This document shows, piece by piece, positions 32,810-42,694 of a stretch of DNA of 64,000 bases (positions within the stretch are counted from its first letter, which is position 1; every line of letters starts with the position of its first letter). The translations under genes and the position numbers were made by a program. Source of the stretch: Savitreella phatthalungensis (Eukaryota); the NCBI GenBank assembly GCA_051599415.1, contig AP039689.1, positions 62,001-126,000 on the forward strand. Direction: 5' to 3'. Below the pieces are notes generated by a model that saw nothing but the letters and a program-made list of their open reading frames with translations, was not told the DNA's origin and ran no database searches.

Positions 32810-34333
32810 TTACCCTGTGCACAGTGGAGTGAGCCTGCCCTGGAGGGTTTCTATGGTGGCCAGGGCATCCTCCAAGCGAGCACTGGCACTCTCAAAGCGT
32901 GTGTGCAGCTCCTCATAGTGCGAGGCAAATTGTGTGCGATCTAGCAGTGCGCTGTCCAGGATGTCTAGCTGCGTTTCGCCTGCCTTCAGCACCAGTGATC
33001 GCGTTCTTTTTGGAGGTAAAGGAGTGCTGCCAAGTAGGTTAGTAGGCAGTGGTTGTAGAGGCGATCGTAGAGCAGCGCTACTGTCCTCAACGCCGCCCTG
33101 TACCTTGCATCGGTGCTTCGCTAGCCCTCGGCGAATAGCGTCCATGTGGTAGGGGTTTATACCTGCTGCCTTGAAGCCAGAAAGGATGTTTTTGCGCGTC
33201 ATTGCTGCATTGAAGGCTGCACAGAAGGCCTTGATAAACTGTACGCGCGTGATTGACTTTCCACCTTGCCTGTAGGATAAGGCCTTCACCTGTTCGCTGT
33301 ATTTCCTCTTGAGAGGCGAGAATATAGCTAGGTCAAGAGGCTGTGTGATGTGGGAGCTGTGAGCAGGCAGGTAGACCAGTTTGAGATCGTTTTTTGCGCA
33401 TAGGTAGAGAAACCTGTGTGTAATGTGAGGTCCTGCGCCATCTATCACCAGGATGCGCGTTCTCTGTGGCTCGCTAGCAGTAGCAGGCAGGAAGATGTCC
33501 AGCAGCCAGCTGCACATGATCTCTGAAGTGGCGAAGCCGTTCGAAGAGTGAAATGATCGTACCACGCTGCCTGGAGGTCCTAGGTATGCTGCCTCATCTG
33601 GCGGCCTTGTTCCTTCCTCCTTAGCCTTGGCCCATGCCTTGATCTTTGCCTCTGTGCGTTTGAAGATGAGGATTGGCGGTAGATGCGCGCCTGCTGCAGA
33701 GATACAGGCTAGGCAGGTGATTGTTTCGCGATTTCCGTTGTCTGCTGCGTAGTTCGCAGTTCCTCGGACCTTTCCCACAGGAACCACTACCTGTGTGGTC
33801 TGTGAGCGTCCCACCATGAGGCCAGATTCGTCAGCGTTCCATACGTCTTCAGGCTGCACACTGTGCGCGGTAAGGTAGCTGCCTAGGCGCTGCCAATACG
33901 CGTCCACAGCAGCTGGATTCACCGCGTACAGGCGCGCGTGGTCAATGCGCCTTGCCAGAGTAGTCTGAATAGTAGGGTGACGCCTTTTGAAGGAGTCAAA
34001 CCACCTTCCACCGAGCCAGTCTGTGTTTCCGCGAGATCTGTAAAAAAGATCTGCTAGGTCCTGCACCTCTACAGGCATCATAGGATAACCTGCAGCTGCT
34101 CTGCTGTTGACTATGTCAAGGACAGCCTGTTCCTGTGTCTTGGTGAGTCTCTGGCGATCTTCTGCTGCTGTGTGGTAGCCCCTATTGCCATTGGAAAGGC
34201 GAAGGTGCAAAGAACTGGAGGATACGTCAAATTCTGCTGCTGCTTCGCGAATAGAGATAGCTCCTGCCTCCTTTCCCTCCAGGTAGTACTCCACAGCCGC
34301 CTGCATGCGTAGCTCCTTCTCCTGGTCCTTCAT
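32810..34333 (-). CDS. pogo/Fot1 transposase (HTH-psq, CENP-B HTH, DDE_1); probably extended to 32556 by a 3' intron
   Basis: SIREAAAEFDV HTH, LGGRWFDSFKRRHP, catalytic WNADESG / VIDGAGPH / TQPLD with 35 residues between D2 and D3. Confidence 0.95.
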   Translation of the reverse strand: MKDQEKELRMQAAVEYYLEGKEAGAISIREAAAEFDVSSSSLHLRLSNGNRGYHTAAEDRQRLTKTQEQAVLDIVNSRAAAGYPMMPVEVQDLADLFYRSRGNTDWLGGRWFDSFKRRHPTIQTTLARRIDHARLYAVNPAAVDAYWQRLGSYLTAHSVQPEDVWNADESGLMVGRSQTTQVVVPVGKVRGTANYAADNGNRETITCLACISAAGAHLPPILIFKRTEAKIKAWAKAKEEGTRPPDEAAYLGPPGSVVRSFHSSNGFATSEIMCSWLLDIFLPATASEPQRTRILVIDGAGPHITHRFLYLCAKNDLKLVYLPAHSSHITQPLDLAIFSPLKRKYSEQVKALSYRQGGKSITRVQFIKAFCAAFNAAMTRKNILSGFKAAGINPYHMDAIRRGLAKHRCKVQGGVEDSSAALRSPLQPLPTNLLGSTPLPPKRTRSLVLKAGETQLDILDSALLDRTQFASHYEELHTRFESASARLEDALATIETLQGRLTPLCTG

Positions 34334-34400
34334 AGCAGGTATTGGTCGAGTAGCAGTGTCTTGAAGGTCAAGGTGCTAGGTCAAGACGCGTCTAAATTAC

Positions 34401-34446
34401 GTGTCCATGATAACACGTGTCCAGGTTTCGGTAATTCGACTTTATA
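34401..34446. repeat. Right TIR plus TA target-site duplication
   Basis: Exact reverse complement of 32520-32565. Confidence 0.95.
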
Positions 34447-34643
34447 TGGTGTACGTATATTCTTGCTCCACGATAATTACGTAGATATATGGTATACAAA
34501 TCCGATGCATATCCATGAGCACGTGTGTGTCTCTCTGAACATGTGCAGGGATCGTATGTACGAAGACAACGTTATTCAGGTCTGTCTTAGTGCAACCTGC
34601 GTAGTCTGACTTTGCGCGCAGGTTGAAAATGCTATTCGGCTGA

Positions 34644-36491
34644 ATGATTGACTTCTCGGACTTGCCGCAGGCGTTCGACAGTCCTGGAATACTCGAAGTC
34701 GAGGCATACACGCGCTTCGGCGCCCAAGGAGATGCTGAAGGATTGATCAAACGGCTTGATTCCATAGCTGAACTATGGCTGAGGGATGACCGCTACATAT
34801 GGAACGTAAAGCCACCAGCCTGGAGCATTGCTTCAAGTGATGTTGGCAGCTTCTTGTGCGGCAGGCTCGAATTCGGGGATTGCATCGAGGACGAGTGGTT
34901 CGTTGTCTGGATGCTCAGGGAAATGAGCAAGATATCTGGGCCGGACGTCGCGATACGCATTCACGACGATGACGGAGAGTTCCTCCTGATTGAAAGTGCG
35001 ATGCATTTGCCTCGATGGCTCGAACCCTCTTGCGAAGCAAATCGAGCGTGGATGCTTAGAGGAAGCCTGCACATCGTGCCACCGCTACTGCCGAAGCAGC
35101 ATACAGGAGTCATTCCGGCACTGGAGCTCAAGGACGCTCTCGCATACATTTGGGCTGAACAAGAAATGATACAATCGCACAAATTGGACCATCATGCCTT
35201 CGCTCGACTGAAGCATTATCCGGACAAAGCGCAAATTGAGATGCACTGGGCAAGCTGCTTATTGCCGCGAGCATTTGCCACCGTGATTCATGAAGACCCG
35301 CAACTCATCTCACGTGTGGCTGCGTCCTTCAGTGCTTTGCGCCAGACGGACATGACAACGTTACAGCATCAAACGGCGATCGACACGTCGGACCTAGTCG
35401 TGGTCAGTGTAAAGATGTCTCGCACAATGTACGCAAAGTTCAAGTCGACTCGCTTCAGCGGCAATACTATTTATCCGGATGTGAGCGCTGATCGAGATGC
35501 GCTTGCGTTGGGAGCGCGACTCGTCGCAGGAGCTTTGCAAGCTGATCTTGCGCAGTTGATTCGTCAACGAGCAAGCCATCCTCTTCCACGCGACAGTGAG
35601 ATACGTCAGAATTGGCCTGGACATCAGAGCTCGGATGCGTTCTTGGACGTCGATCACGAGCAGTTGCAAGCAAAGTTGGCAGAGTCAGACTCTGAGTCCG
35701 ACATTGACTCCGGGCCAAACTGCCGCGGATCAGGTGATTCGGACCCGCTTTCTAACCTCGCAGAACAAATGCGGAAGTTCATGAGTGGTAAAGCTGGGCT
35801 AGAGGGCGTGGATCTCGATGACGACGATATCGACGAAAGTGATGGCGACAATTCAGTAGCTGCAAACGACGAGGACGATGATGACGATAGTGACGACGAT
35901 GACAACGATGACAACGATGAAAGCAGCAGCGATAGACGAAACGCATACGCTGGTACACGTGAATCTGAGCCACAATCGGCCTCCGACTTTCTCAAATTCC
36001 TGGAAAAGTCGCTGCAGAATATGGCGACTATGTCCGGTCGCATGGCTGAGCATGGCGAGAGTTTGCACGATCACAGGGATTTCGAATGGGACAATGATAA
36101 TGATGATGGGGATGATGATGACGACAGCAGTAGTATTGACAACATGGAGCAATACATGGCTGCGATGGATAATGAGCTCGGCGCTATTCGTGATCCTCGC
36201 TCAAAGGCAACTGGATCTTTCCGTCACGATCTGCGGAATGACGACGACAGGGCCGACAGCTGCAATCAAGCCATGGATGCAGAGAATGAGCAATCTGAGC
36301 AAGGAGATGACGAAGTGGATAGTGATGACGGTATGGATTTCGAGATGGCACGGAACCTCTTGAACAGCTTACGCTCAGAAGGAGGATCTGGTGGGCCAAC
36401 GTCACAGCTTCTTCTTAGCCTCGGGATCGATCTGCCGCGTGACGATGATGACTACGGGGAAAGCGAAGAGACCAGTACTGATGGAGAGTAA
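34644..36491 (+). CDS. SGT1/Ecdysoneless family protein
   Basis: YIWN, FGDCIEDEWFVVWMLREMSK, DDDGEFLLIESA.HLP.WL, NRAW, YMAAMDNEL, NLLNSL..GGSGGP; acidic tracts. Confidence 0.92.
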   Translation: MIDFSDLPQAFDSPGILEVEAYTRFGAQGDAEGLIKRLDSIAELWLRDDRYIWNVKPPAWSIASSDVGSFLCGRLEFGDCIEDEWFVVWMLREMSKISGPDVAIRIHDDDGEFLLIESAMHLPRWLEPSCEANRAWMLRGSLHIVPPLLPKQHTGVIPALELKDALAYIWAEQEMIQSHKLDHHAFARLKHYPDKAQIEMHWASCLLPRAFATVIHEDPQLISRVAASFSALRQTDMTTLQHQTAIDTSDLVVVSVKMSRTMYAKFKSTRFSGNTIYPDVSADRDALALGARLVAGALQADLAQLIRQRASHPLPRDSEIRQNWPGHQSSDAFLDVDHEQLQAKLAESDSESDIDSGPNCRGSGDSDPLSNLAEQMRKFMSGKAGLEGVDLDDDDIDESDGDNSVAANDEDDDDDSDDDDNDDNDESSSDRRNAYAGTRESEPQSASDFLKFLEKSLQNMATMSGRMAEHGESLHDHRDFEWDNDNDDGDDDDDSSSIDNMEQYMAAMDNELGAIRDPRSKATGSFRHDLRNDDDRADSCNQAMDAENEQSEQGDDEVDSDDGMDFEMARNLLNSLRSEGGSGGPTSQLLLSLGIDLPRDDDDYGESEETSTDGE

Positions 36492-37879
36492 GGAGCAGAG
36501 AATGACTGTGTCTCGCCTGGCAAATGATGCCTTTCGCAGGATGGCGATACCAATTGCGGGCCAGTGAATGTATCGCTTGCTGACAGATCTCTCTTGTTAA
36601 TGACAGCATGAGCGCAACTGGTGCTCTTTGTGCAAGTCGTCGCAGTCAGCTGGCGCGGACGATCGAGCCGGATATCAAATGTGAATACATCATTTTGCTT
36701 CACGGCTGTCCCGCTTGTTGTCTTTCGATTGGGTTTGAGACGTTCGATCCAGTGATGTTTGCATCAACAGTGCGGCGCAGTCTGGCACTGTGACATCTCC
36801 ACCGATCCTGTCAATTTGATGGATCTGCAAAGCGTCATTCCGGCTGCGGGCGAGCTCGACAGGAAATGAGATAACTATGTATCATGCATGACGACATCAG
36901 TCTTCATTGTAGCTTATCTTCGAGACGGGAAGCTCGGAGGCGGAGCGCTCGATGCGTGTCTTATTCTGGGACTGACCAATCTATCGGCAGCCTCTGGCGT
37001 TGTTGAGACATGCCGGTGTTGAGCCATTTGCTGCGTGACATCCAGACGGACAGAGATGTCCGGTCTCGCCGGTTGGGCTACAACCATCGCGACTGGCGTT
37101 TCGGGAGACCTATCCGTCCGTCTTCCGCGAACGTGTGCAGATGGCTGCTGGCTTCCAGGATTATCTGGTTCATCGATCACTACTGTCGAAGGACCGCTGT
37201 TGCTCAAAAGCGATCCTGCTCCGGATAAATGCTCACACGCTCGCCAAACGGACGTGTGATTGGCTTTCATCAGGGACTTGAGGTTCGCAATGTATCGTTG
37301 TCGGGCAGATGAAGCTCCTCTTTTGCGGCTTCCAGCGGTCATCTGTCTTCTTGGGAGGACAGACCGTGACTGCTTGGCCGAGACGGCTGGCGATGAGGTT
37401 GACTGATGGAAATATTTGAACTGTGGAATGAACGATGGTCACTGCGGCTGCCAGTCTGTCTAAGAACTACAGCAACAAGTCCTTGGACAGGCACTTATCG
37501 ACGGCGTTCAGGCGAGCTCGGACAGACGTTATTGTTCGGGTGGCCATAACAATTTTCACAATGATCAATTCCATCAATCTTAGTCGGGAGATACATTTGA
37601 CTTGCAGTCTCCACACCCACCTAGCACTCGATATAATATTGGTTTGTAATGTCAACTGTCCCTAACCCGTGATTCTATTGCCCGAAAGGGGAAAACTGCT
37701 GGGACATATGAGCAAGCTACGAATGTAAGCGCAGAAAACCAGAGAGTTCCCTATAGAGAACAATCAATCATTCATGCGCGCTGCATATGTCATCCGTGAT
37801 TTCCAATCCTTACAGAGAACAAATCTGAGGTTACTAAGCGACTTACTACGCAATAAATCTCAATCAAGATCATCAACGC

Positions 37880-37887
37880 TATAAATA
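37880..37887 (+). promoter_or_regulatory. TATA box
   Basis: TATAAATA about 115 nt upstream of the ATG at 38000. Confidence 0.55.
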
Positions 37888-37999
37888 CAGTTCAACAGGC
37901 ATTGGACGAGAGCAAGTCAGTCACTGTCTTCTCGTACCCGTTCCTCGTCAGTCAGAGCTCGATCATCGATATCAATTCAATCACTATATTTCCACACTA

Positions 38000-38434
38000 A
38001 TGGCACCACAACCAGATCAGAAGGACCACGGCGTTCTCGGACCTCAGACAGACCTTCCGACAGAGCAAATGTGGAAGGCACTGGTCGACAAGATCAGACA
38101 TCCAGATCTTTATCTACCAGGCATCGTGGCTGTCTCCTGGCGGAACAGTGATGACGGCTCAGTCTACAGGGAAATGACAGTTGAAATGCCGACTACGACG
38201 GCTGTCATGATCGAAGACATCTACGCCATCAAAGAGCAATACCGGATCGAATTTCGCATCAGGGACAGCCCGTATAACGTTGTCAACCAGTATCACCCGG
38301 ACAAAAAGGCTATCGAGTACTTTGTCGAGGAAAAGGAGACCCACAAGAACGTCGGTTGGTGGAATTGGCCTAACGCACGAGAAGGCACATATTCTCACAT
38401 TTCTGGACAGTACGAGCGCGCCAAGTTACTCTGA
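38000..38434 (+). CDS. DUF1857/AtaL-like SRPBCC (Bet v1-like) protein
   Basis: QMWKALVDKIRHPDLYLPGI...VYREM...EDI...RIEF pattern; upstream TATA box. Confidence 0.7.
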   Translation: MAPQPDQKDHGVLGPQTDLPTEQMWKALVDKIRHPDLYLPGIVAVSWRNSDDGSVYREMTVEMPTTTAVMIEDIYAIKEQYRIEFRIRDSPYNVVNQYHPDKKAIEYFVEEKETHKNVGWWNWPNAREGTYSHISGQYERAKLL

Positions 38435-38812
38435 ATTGCTAAACTGCCCAACCCATCGCAATCGCTCGAGATTCAACCTGGTAGCTTACAACTATCTAAT
38501 GCATATGTCGGCTCGGAACCACAGAGCTTGTCATTCCAAATAAGATCCAGCAGTTGTTCAACAGATCCAATGTACCCGATCAATTGATTTGACTGTTTCA
38601 TGCAAATTAGCCCATCGTGTAATAGAACCCTCCGTGCACATGTGGCGTATCGGCCGACCGTATCGCACACAACATAAAGATATGCAGTTGATCAATCACT
38701 CGTCATGCCCGTGCTATTCACAGACTGCACTCATCACTATATTGAGACCGTCAAAGACCACTGTCCTCCTTAACACGCAAGGCCAGACGCGATCGAAATT
38801 CACCTTTCGACG

Positions 38813-39862
38813 ATGAAGCGCAAGGCGAGTCACGCCGGCTCTTGGTATCCAGCTTCCCCTGCAGCACTTCGCGCACAGCTGAATGGTTACCTGGAACTTG
38901 TTCCGCGAGCACTGCGCAGACAGAAGGATTGTAGGTACATCATTTCGCCTCATGCCGGTTACGCTTATTCTGGCGCTACTGCGGCTCATGGGTTCGCAGC
39001 ACTCGACTTCCAGGGTGTAAAGACAATCTTCGTGCTCGGTCCATCACATCATGTCTACCTTCGAACCTGTGCTCTGTCGAAATGCAGCACGTATGCGACC
39101 CCGCTCGGCGACTTCATCGTCGATCGTGACCTGACGAGTGAGCTCTATGGTACGGAATTGTTTGAAAAGATGTCAATTTCTGTCGACGAGGACGAGCACT
39201 CGCTTGAGATGCAGTTGCCATTTCTCAGGCTAGTTATGACGGATTTTCTAAACGATCACCCAGAACATCCAGAACCTCAACTTGTGCCGATCATAGTAGG
39301 ATCACTCGGAAATGCTGATGAGATCAAGTATGCAGAACTCTTGGCACCCTATTTCGCTCGCGACGATGTCATGGTCGTCATATCTTCGGACTTTGCACAT
39401 TGGGGAGAGCGCTTTCGGTACACCTATTATAGCGATGCTACACCTGTCTTTGATCCACTCGCCGACGAGCAGCCATCATCATCAACCACGCTGACCACGT
39501 CCAACACGCTGACGAAGCGAGTATTGCCGCGTTCACAGCGCGAAGTCAGGTCTCTAATCACAGACCTTAGTCGACCTCCGATTCACGAATCCATCAGGGC
39601 ATGCGATTTCCTCGGCATGCATCTTTGCAGCCATGGATCACATGCCGACTTCACCGACTATCTACACGAGACGGGTAATACTATCTGCGGTCGGCATCCG
39701 ATCGGTGTGTTCCTGGCAGCGCAGGAGGCGCTCGGTGGACTGCTACGTCCTATCAAGTGGTTGTATTACGACCGCTCTAGTTTGGTCGAGTCCGTGACAG
39801 AATCTTCAGTTTCATATGCCTCAGGCGTTTCCTTTCGGCGGCTGGAGCAAGGACGTCATTAG
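38813..39862 (+). CDS. MEMO1: MEMO1/Mho1 family protein
   Basis: RKASHAGSWYP, PHAGYAYSG, LGPSHH, DEDEHSLEMQLP, ISSDFAHWG, NTICGRHPI, SSVSYAS. Confidence 0.96.
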   Translation: MKRKASHAGSWYPASPAALRAQLNGYLELVPRALRRQKDCRYIISPHAGYAYSGATAAHGFAALDFQGVKTIFVLGPSHHVYLRTCALSKCSTYATPLGDFIVDRDLTSELYGTELFEKMSISVDEDEHSLEMQLPFLRLVMTDFLNDHPEHPEPQLVPIIVGSLGNADEIKYAELLAPYFARDDVMVVISSDFAHWGERFRYTYYSDATPVFDPLADEQPSSSTTLTTSNTLTKRVLPRSQREVRSLITDLSRPPIHESIRACDFLGMHLCSHGSHADFTDYLHETGNTICGRHPIGVFLAAQEALGGLLRPIKWLYYDRSSLVESVTESSVSYASGVSFRRLEQGRH

Positions 39863-39894
39863 TGACACCGTGACTCGCCATAAGTGCTCCGTGG

Positions 39895-42384
39895 TCATAC
39901 GATCCTGAGGCGCTTCGCCAGCGGACTATCGTCTGGCGAGTCAAGAGATCGTTGAGAGGCGGTTCCCTCATCAAGCGGGAGACACTTGTCCTGAAGAGGC
40001 ATTTCATTGGTACCGTGGAGAGGCGACAGGCGAATGATGGTCAAGCTCGGCGTCGTAGCCTCGGATGATTGAGAGGCAATCCGGGGAGGTTGAAAGTCTT
40101 TCTGGGACAGGCTTTCGCGATGAGATGGCTGTGTAAGAAGTTCCGCATCAGCCATGCTTGCCTCCGCTGGGACCGATCGATTGTCGGACGCTGATGACGA
40201 AGACAAAGATATACCTTGCGCCCGTACGAATTCTTTTCGATCTTGCCTCAACATTTTCTGCACATCTGCTGTAAGATTGTCTCGAGAGGTGTTCGTCTCG
40301 CATAGAAGGCCTTTCTCTGCCAGACCTGCAAGATCAAAGGGAAGGATCTTTGCAGCGCTATTTCCCTGCAGTTCGGAATGCGCTGTACCGGCAGTCTGCT
40401 TGGCAAGTTTTGCAGCTTTCAACCGCTCCCGCTTTTCGCGCAAAGCAGCGGTTCTAGTCATGAGAAGAGCCATTCGCTCTTTCTCAATTGCCTCTGCAGG
40501 ATCGCTCCTTTCAGACGAGAGGCTAACAAGGCTGCCTTCCATCGAGATTGGGACTGCCGGCGTTGTTAGCTCTGCCAGAGGTGGCAAATTCGAATTTGAT
40601 GTCCCCGGTATTATGCACATTGCGGGACTGATCAAACCTTGCCGTGAGTCCCGAGGTGTCGATGCGTCCTGTGGCTGGCCCTGACTGCCCGCAACGATGA
40701 CACTCTGCCCGCTGATTTCGCCAGAGTCATTCACAAGGATCGGTGAGGGATTATCTCCCGGCTCCCTCGAATCCTTCCGCTGCTCTATTGAGGAGGGGAC
40801 TTGCGTGTGACCGGTCTGACGAGGACATGGTGAGTTAGCCAAGTCACTTGAGGTGAGACCTTGAATCAAGGCCTTGCTTGCATTCGTGCTCGCCTCCGAT
40901 ATTCGCTCGCTGCTCCTGCTTAAGAACCTGGGATCTTGCACTGACATCGTAACGGAATGAGCTGAAGCATCGGCAGCGCTTTTCTCTGTGTGGCTCGACG
41001 GTCTTTTGAGCTCTGGTAGAATAGGGGGAAAGAATATCGCGGAGTTGGAGCGCTGCGCATCTTGCAGGACGGGCCGAATAGGAGAGAGAGGCGGCGGAGT
41101 ATTGCGTGCCTTGTTCATAGCCGTTCTACTATTTTGCGGTGGCGAAGGGGTCCAGTCTGACAACACATCATCGTCGTCGACAACATTCTCAGGCGTTGAT
41201 GCCCTGTAATTACGCTTCGCGGCAAAGCGTGTTGTATTGTCGACGACTTGGGGATTCAAGATTCCAGAGATGGTGCGCGCCACGGGCGGTACAACATCCG
41301 AAGCAGACTCTATCAGAGCATCGCCGTGCTTTGAATCCTCCACTCGCGTCGAATCGACTGACTTATGAGCCGAGTCTTTCGCCAGTTGAGCGGCAAGGGC
41401 TTGAGCTGCGACACTTTTGTCGTGCGCCACTCTCTGCGCGACTTTGACTTGAGCCTCCACGAGAGTCTGCTGGGATTTCTCACGGGCGTGTTTCTTTGGT
41501 AATGCCTTCTGGCGATGAGAGATTGGCTCGATGTCATAGTCGCCCGCCGGTCGCCAGCAAGATTCAGCAAGAAGTTGCTCGTGCTGCTGCTCAGGTATCT
41601 GGGTATCGAAATGTGTCATCCCTCGAAAATCGCCCCAGCCAGTGTGCAGCAGCTTCCGTTTTCGCTCTCGGATCGGCTTAGTCGGAGTCGACAAGAGCGA
41701 TGTGTTCTCTGCAGAGGCCGGGTCGAAAGACTTTGGCGTCGCGAGCACACGCGTTGCGGATACAGGTGCTGGAGGAGGTGGCATCAGCTCGGTGCTTCGG
41801 CATCGTTCTAAAGGCTGGGTCATGATGACGCCTGGCGAGGTCTTGGCATCATTGCTCTGATCCACTTCCCCAAGTCCGATCAGCTGGCGGACCTCGGGCT
41901 CGTTCAAGATCTGCTTAATGAGTGGCTGACTGTTGAAGGCAATAGGCCGGCCATAGCAAGGTCCCTTGAGATTGCAGACGTACTCCAAGTCAGTCACCTT
42001 CAACATGAACTGAAGACCGGCGATATTTTCTGCTGTGGCGAGGGGCTTTTCACGCAAGCAAAGCTTGCCTGAGACGCGTCTGACGATTGCAAAGCGCATC
42101 TCAGTCATTCGATCTATGCTCAGCTGGCCTGATTCGAGCCGTTTCTCGAGCTTGCGTGTATACACACAAGGGATCGAGTGGAACTTGTCCCCGATTGTCC
42201 CTTCGAGCAGAAGCCTAGGATCATGGCGACTGTCGTCCGGCGGCCAACGGAAATTGATGAAATCATACATTTGCATATAGCGAGACGGCTTCCATTCGAT
42301 CTCTGCCCGTTGTTCGTTCTTGCACCGCCTCAGGCTAGCGAGCAAAGCCTCATCGAGCCACGATTTTTGTAAGAACTCTGTCAT
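39895..42384 (-). CDS. tpz1: Shelterin component Tpz1/TPP1 (Est3-type OB fold) homologue
   Basis: N-terminal LQKSWL, MQMYDF, GTIGDKFHSIPCVYT match the TPP1/Est3 OB pattern. GW...QIPEQQ..LL resembles the Pot1-binding motif. Long S/P-rich tail. Confidence 0.7.
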   Translation of the reverse strand: MTEFLQKSWLDEALLASLRRCKNEQRAEIEWKPSRYMQMYDFINFRWPPDDSRHDPRLLLEGTIGDKFHSIPCVYTRKLEKRLESGQLSIDRMTEMRFAIVRRVSGKLCLREKPLATAENIAGLQFMLKVTDLEYVCNLKGPCYGRPIAFNSQPLIKQILNEPEVRQLIGLGEVDQSNDAKTSPGVIMTQPLERCRSTELMPPPPAPVSATRVLATPKSFDPASAENTSLLSTPTKPIRERKRKLLHTGWGDFRGMTHFDTQIPEQQHEQLLAESCWRPAGDYDIEPISHRQKALPKKHAREKSQQTLVEAQVKVAQRVAHDKSVAAQALAAQLAKDSAHKSVDSTRVEDSKHGDALIESASDVVPPVARTISGILNPQVVDNTTRFAAKRNYRASTPENVVDDDDVLSDWTPSPPQNSRTAMNKARNTPPPLSPIRPVLQDAQRSNSAIFFPPILPELKRPSSHTEKSAADASAHSVTMSVQDPRFLSRSSERISEASTNASKALIQGLTSSDLANSPCPRQTGHTQVPSSIEQRKDSREPGDNPSPILVNDSGEISGQSVIVAGSQGQPQDASTPRDSRQGLISPAMCIIPGTSNSNLPPLAELTTPAVPISMEGSLVSLSSERSDPAEAIEKERMALLMTRTAALREKRERLKAAKLAKQTAGTAHSELQGNSAAKILPFDLAGLAEKGLLCETNTSRDNLTADVQKMLRQDRKEFVRAQGISLSSSSASDNRSVPAEASMADAELLTQPSHRESLSQKDFQPPRIASQSSEATTPSLTIIRLSPLHGTNEMPLQDKCLPLDEGTASQRSLDSPDDSPLAKRLRIV

Positions 42385-42499
42385 GAGCAGGTTCAGGGCG
42401 GTTGCGTTCGAGCCCGATAGATCTGTTCAGGTTGTCCGATAGAAGAGCTTTCGCATATAACGATTCATCTTGAACCACAACGCCTTCATGAAACATCCG

Positions 42500-42623
42500 A
42501 CGCGTGCTCGACGCGTGTGTACGACAAAGACGACTTCTAGCTCGACATTTATACGCAATTTAATATGCTCTGCATGTAAATCACGTATAAAATAAATACG
42601 CGTCTGTGCGTCGACTCGCGCGT
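42500..42623. promoter_or_regulatory. Cluster of MCB boxes (ACGCGT)
   Basis: ACGCGT at 42500, 42511 and 42598, plus TCGCGCGT at 42616, 115-240 nt upstream of the tpz1 ATG. Confidence 0.55.
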
Positions 42624-42656
42624 GCACGTGCCCACTTACAGTTTAAAGCTCATGCG

Positions 42657-42694
42657 GTACAGTACAGCACAGTACAGCACAGTACAGCACAGTA
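42657..42694. repeat. Tandem repeat (AGTACAGCAC)x3+
   Basis: Three perfect 10-mers at 42661-42690 with partial flanking copies. Confidence 0.9.

Larger units (their letters stand above)
32520..34446 (-). mobile_element. Full-length pogo/Fot1-type (Tc1/mariner superfamily) DNA transposon
   Basis: Perfect 46-bp inverted repeat including the flanking TA: 32520-32565 versus 34401-34446 (TATAAAGTCGAATTACCGAAACCTGGACACGTGTTATCATGGACAC). It encloses a transposase ORF. Confidence 0.97.

Noticed and set aside
33027..33103. Intron candidate in the transposase with a perfect TACTAAC
   Set aside because: Splicing would shift into a frame with early stops, while the unspliced frame encodes a plausible coiled coil; probably a codon coincidence.
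32566..34400. Classical CpA-to-TpA RIP
   Set aside because: The ORF has no nonsense codons, the TIRs are identical and CA/TG remain abundant.
36914..37655. Minus-strand ORFs of 142 and 62 aa
   Set aside because: No recognisable motif, and I could not build a consistent exon structure.
42657..42694. Repeat as a CRISPR-like array
   Set aside because: Head-to-tail 10-mers with no spacers, in a eukaryotic context.
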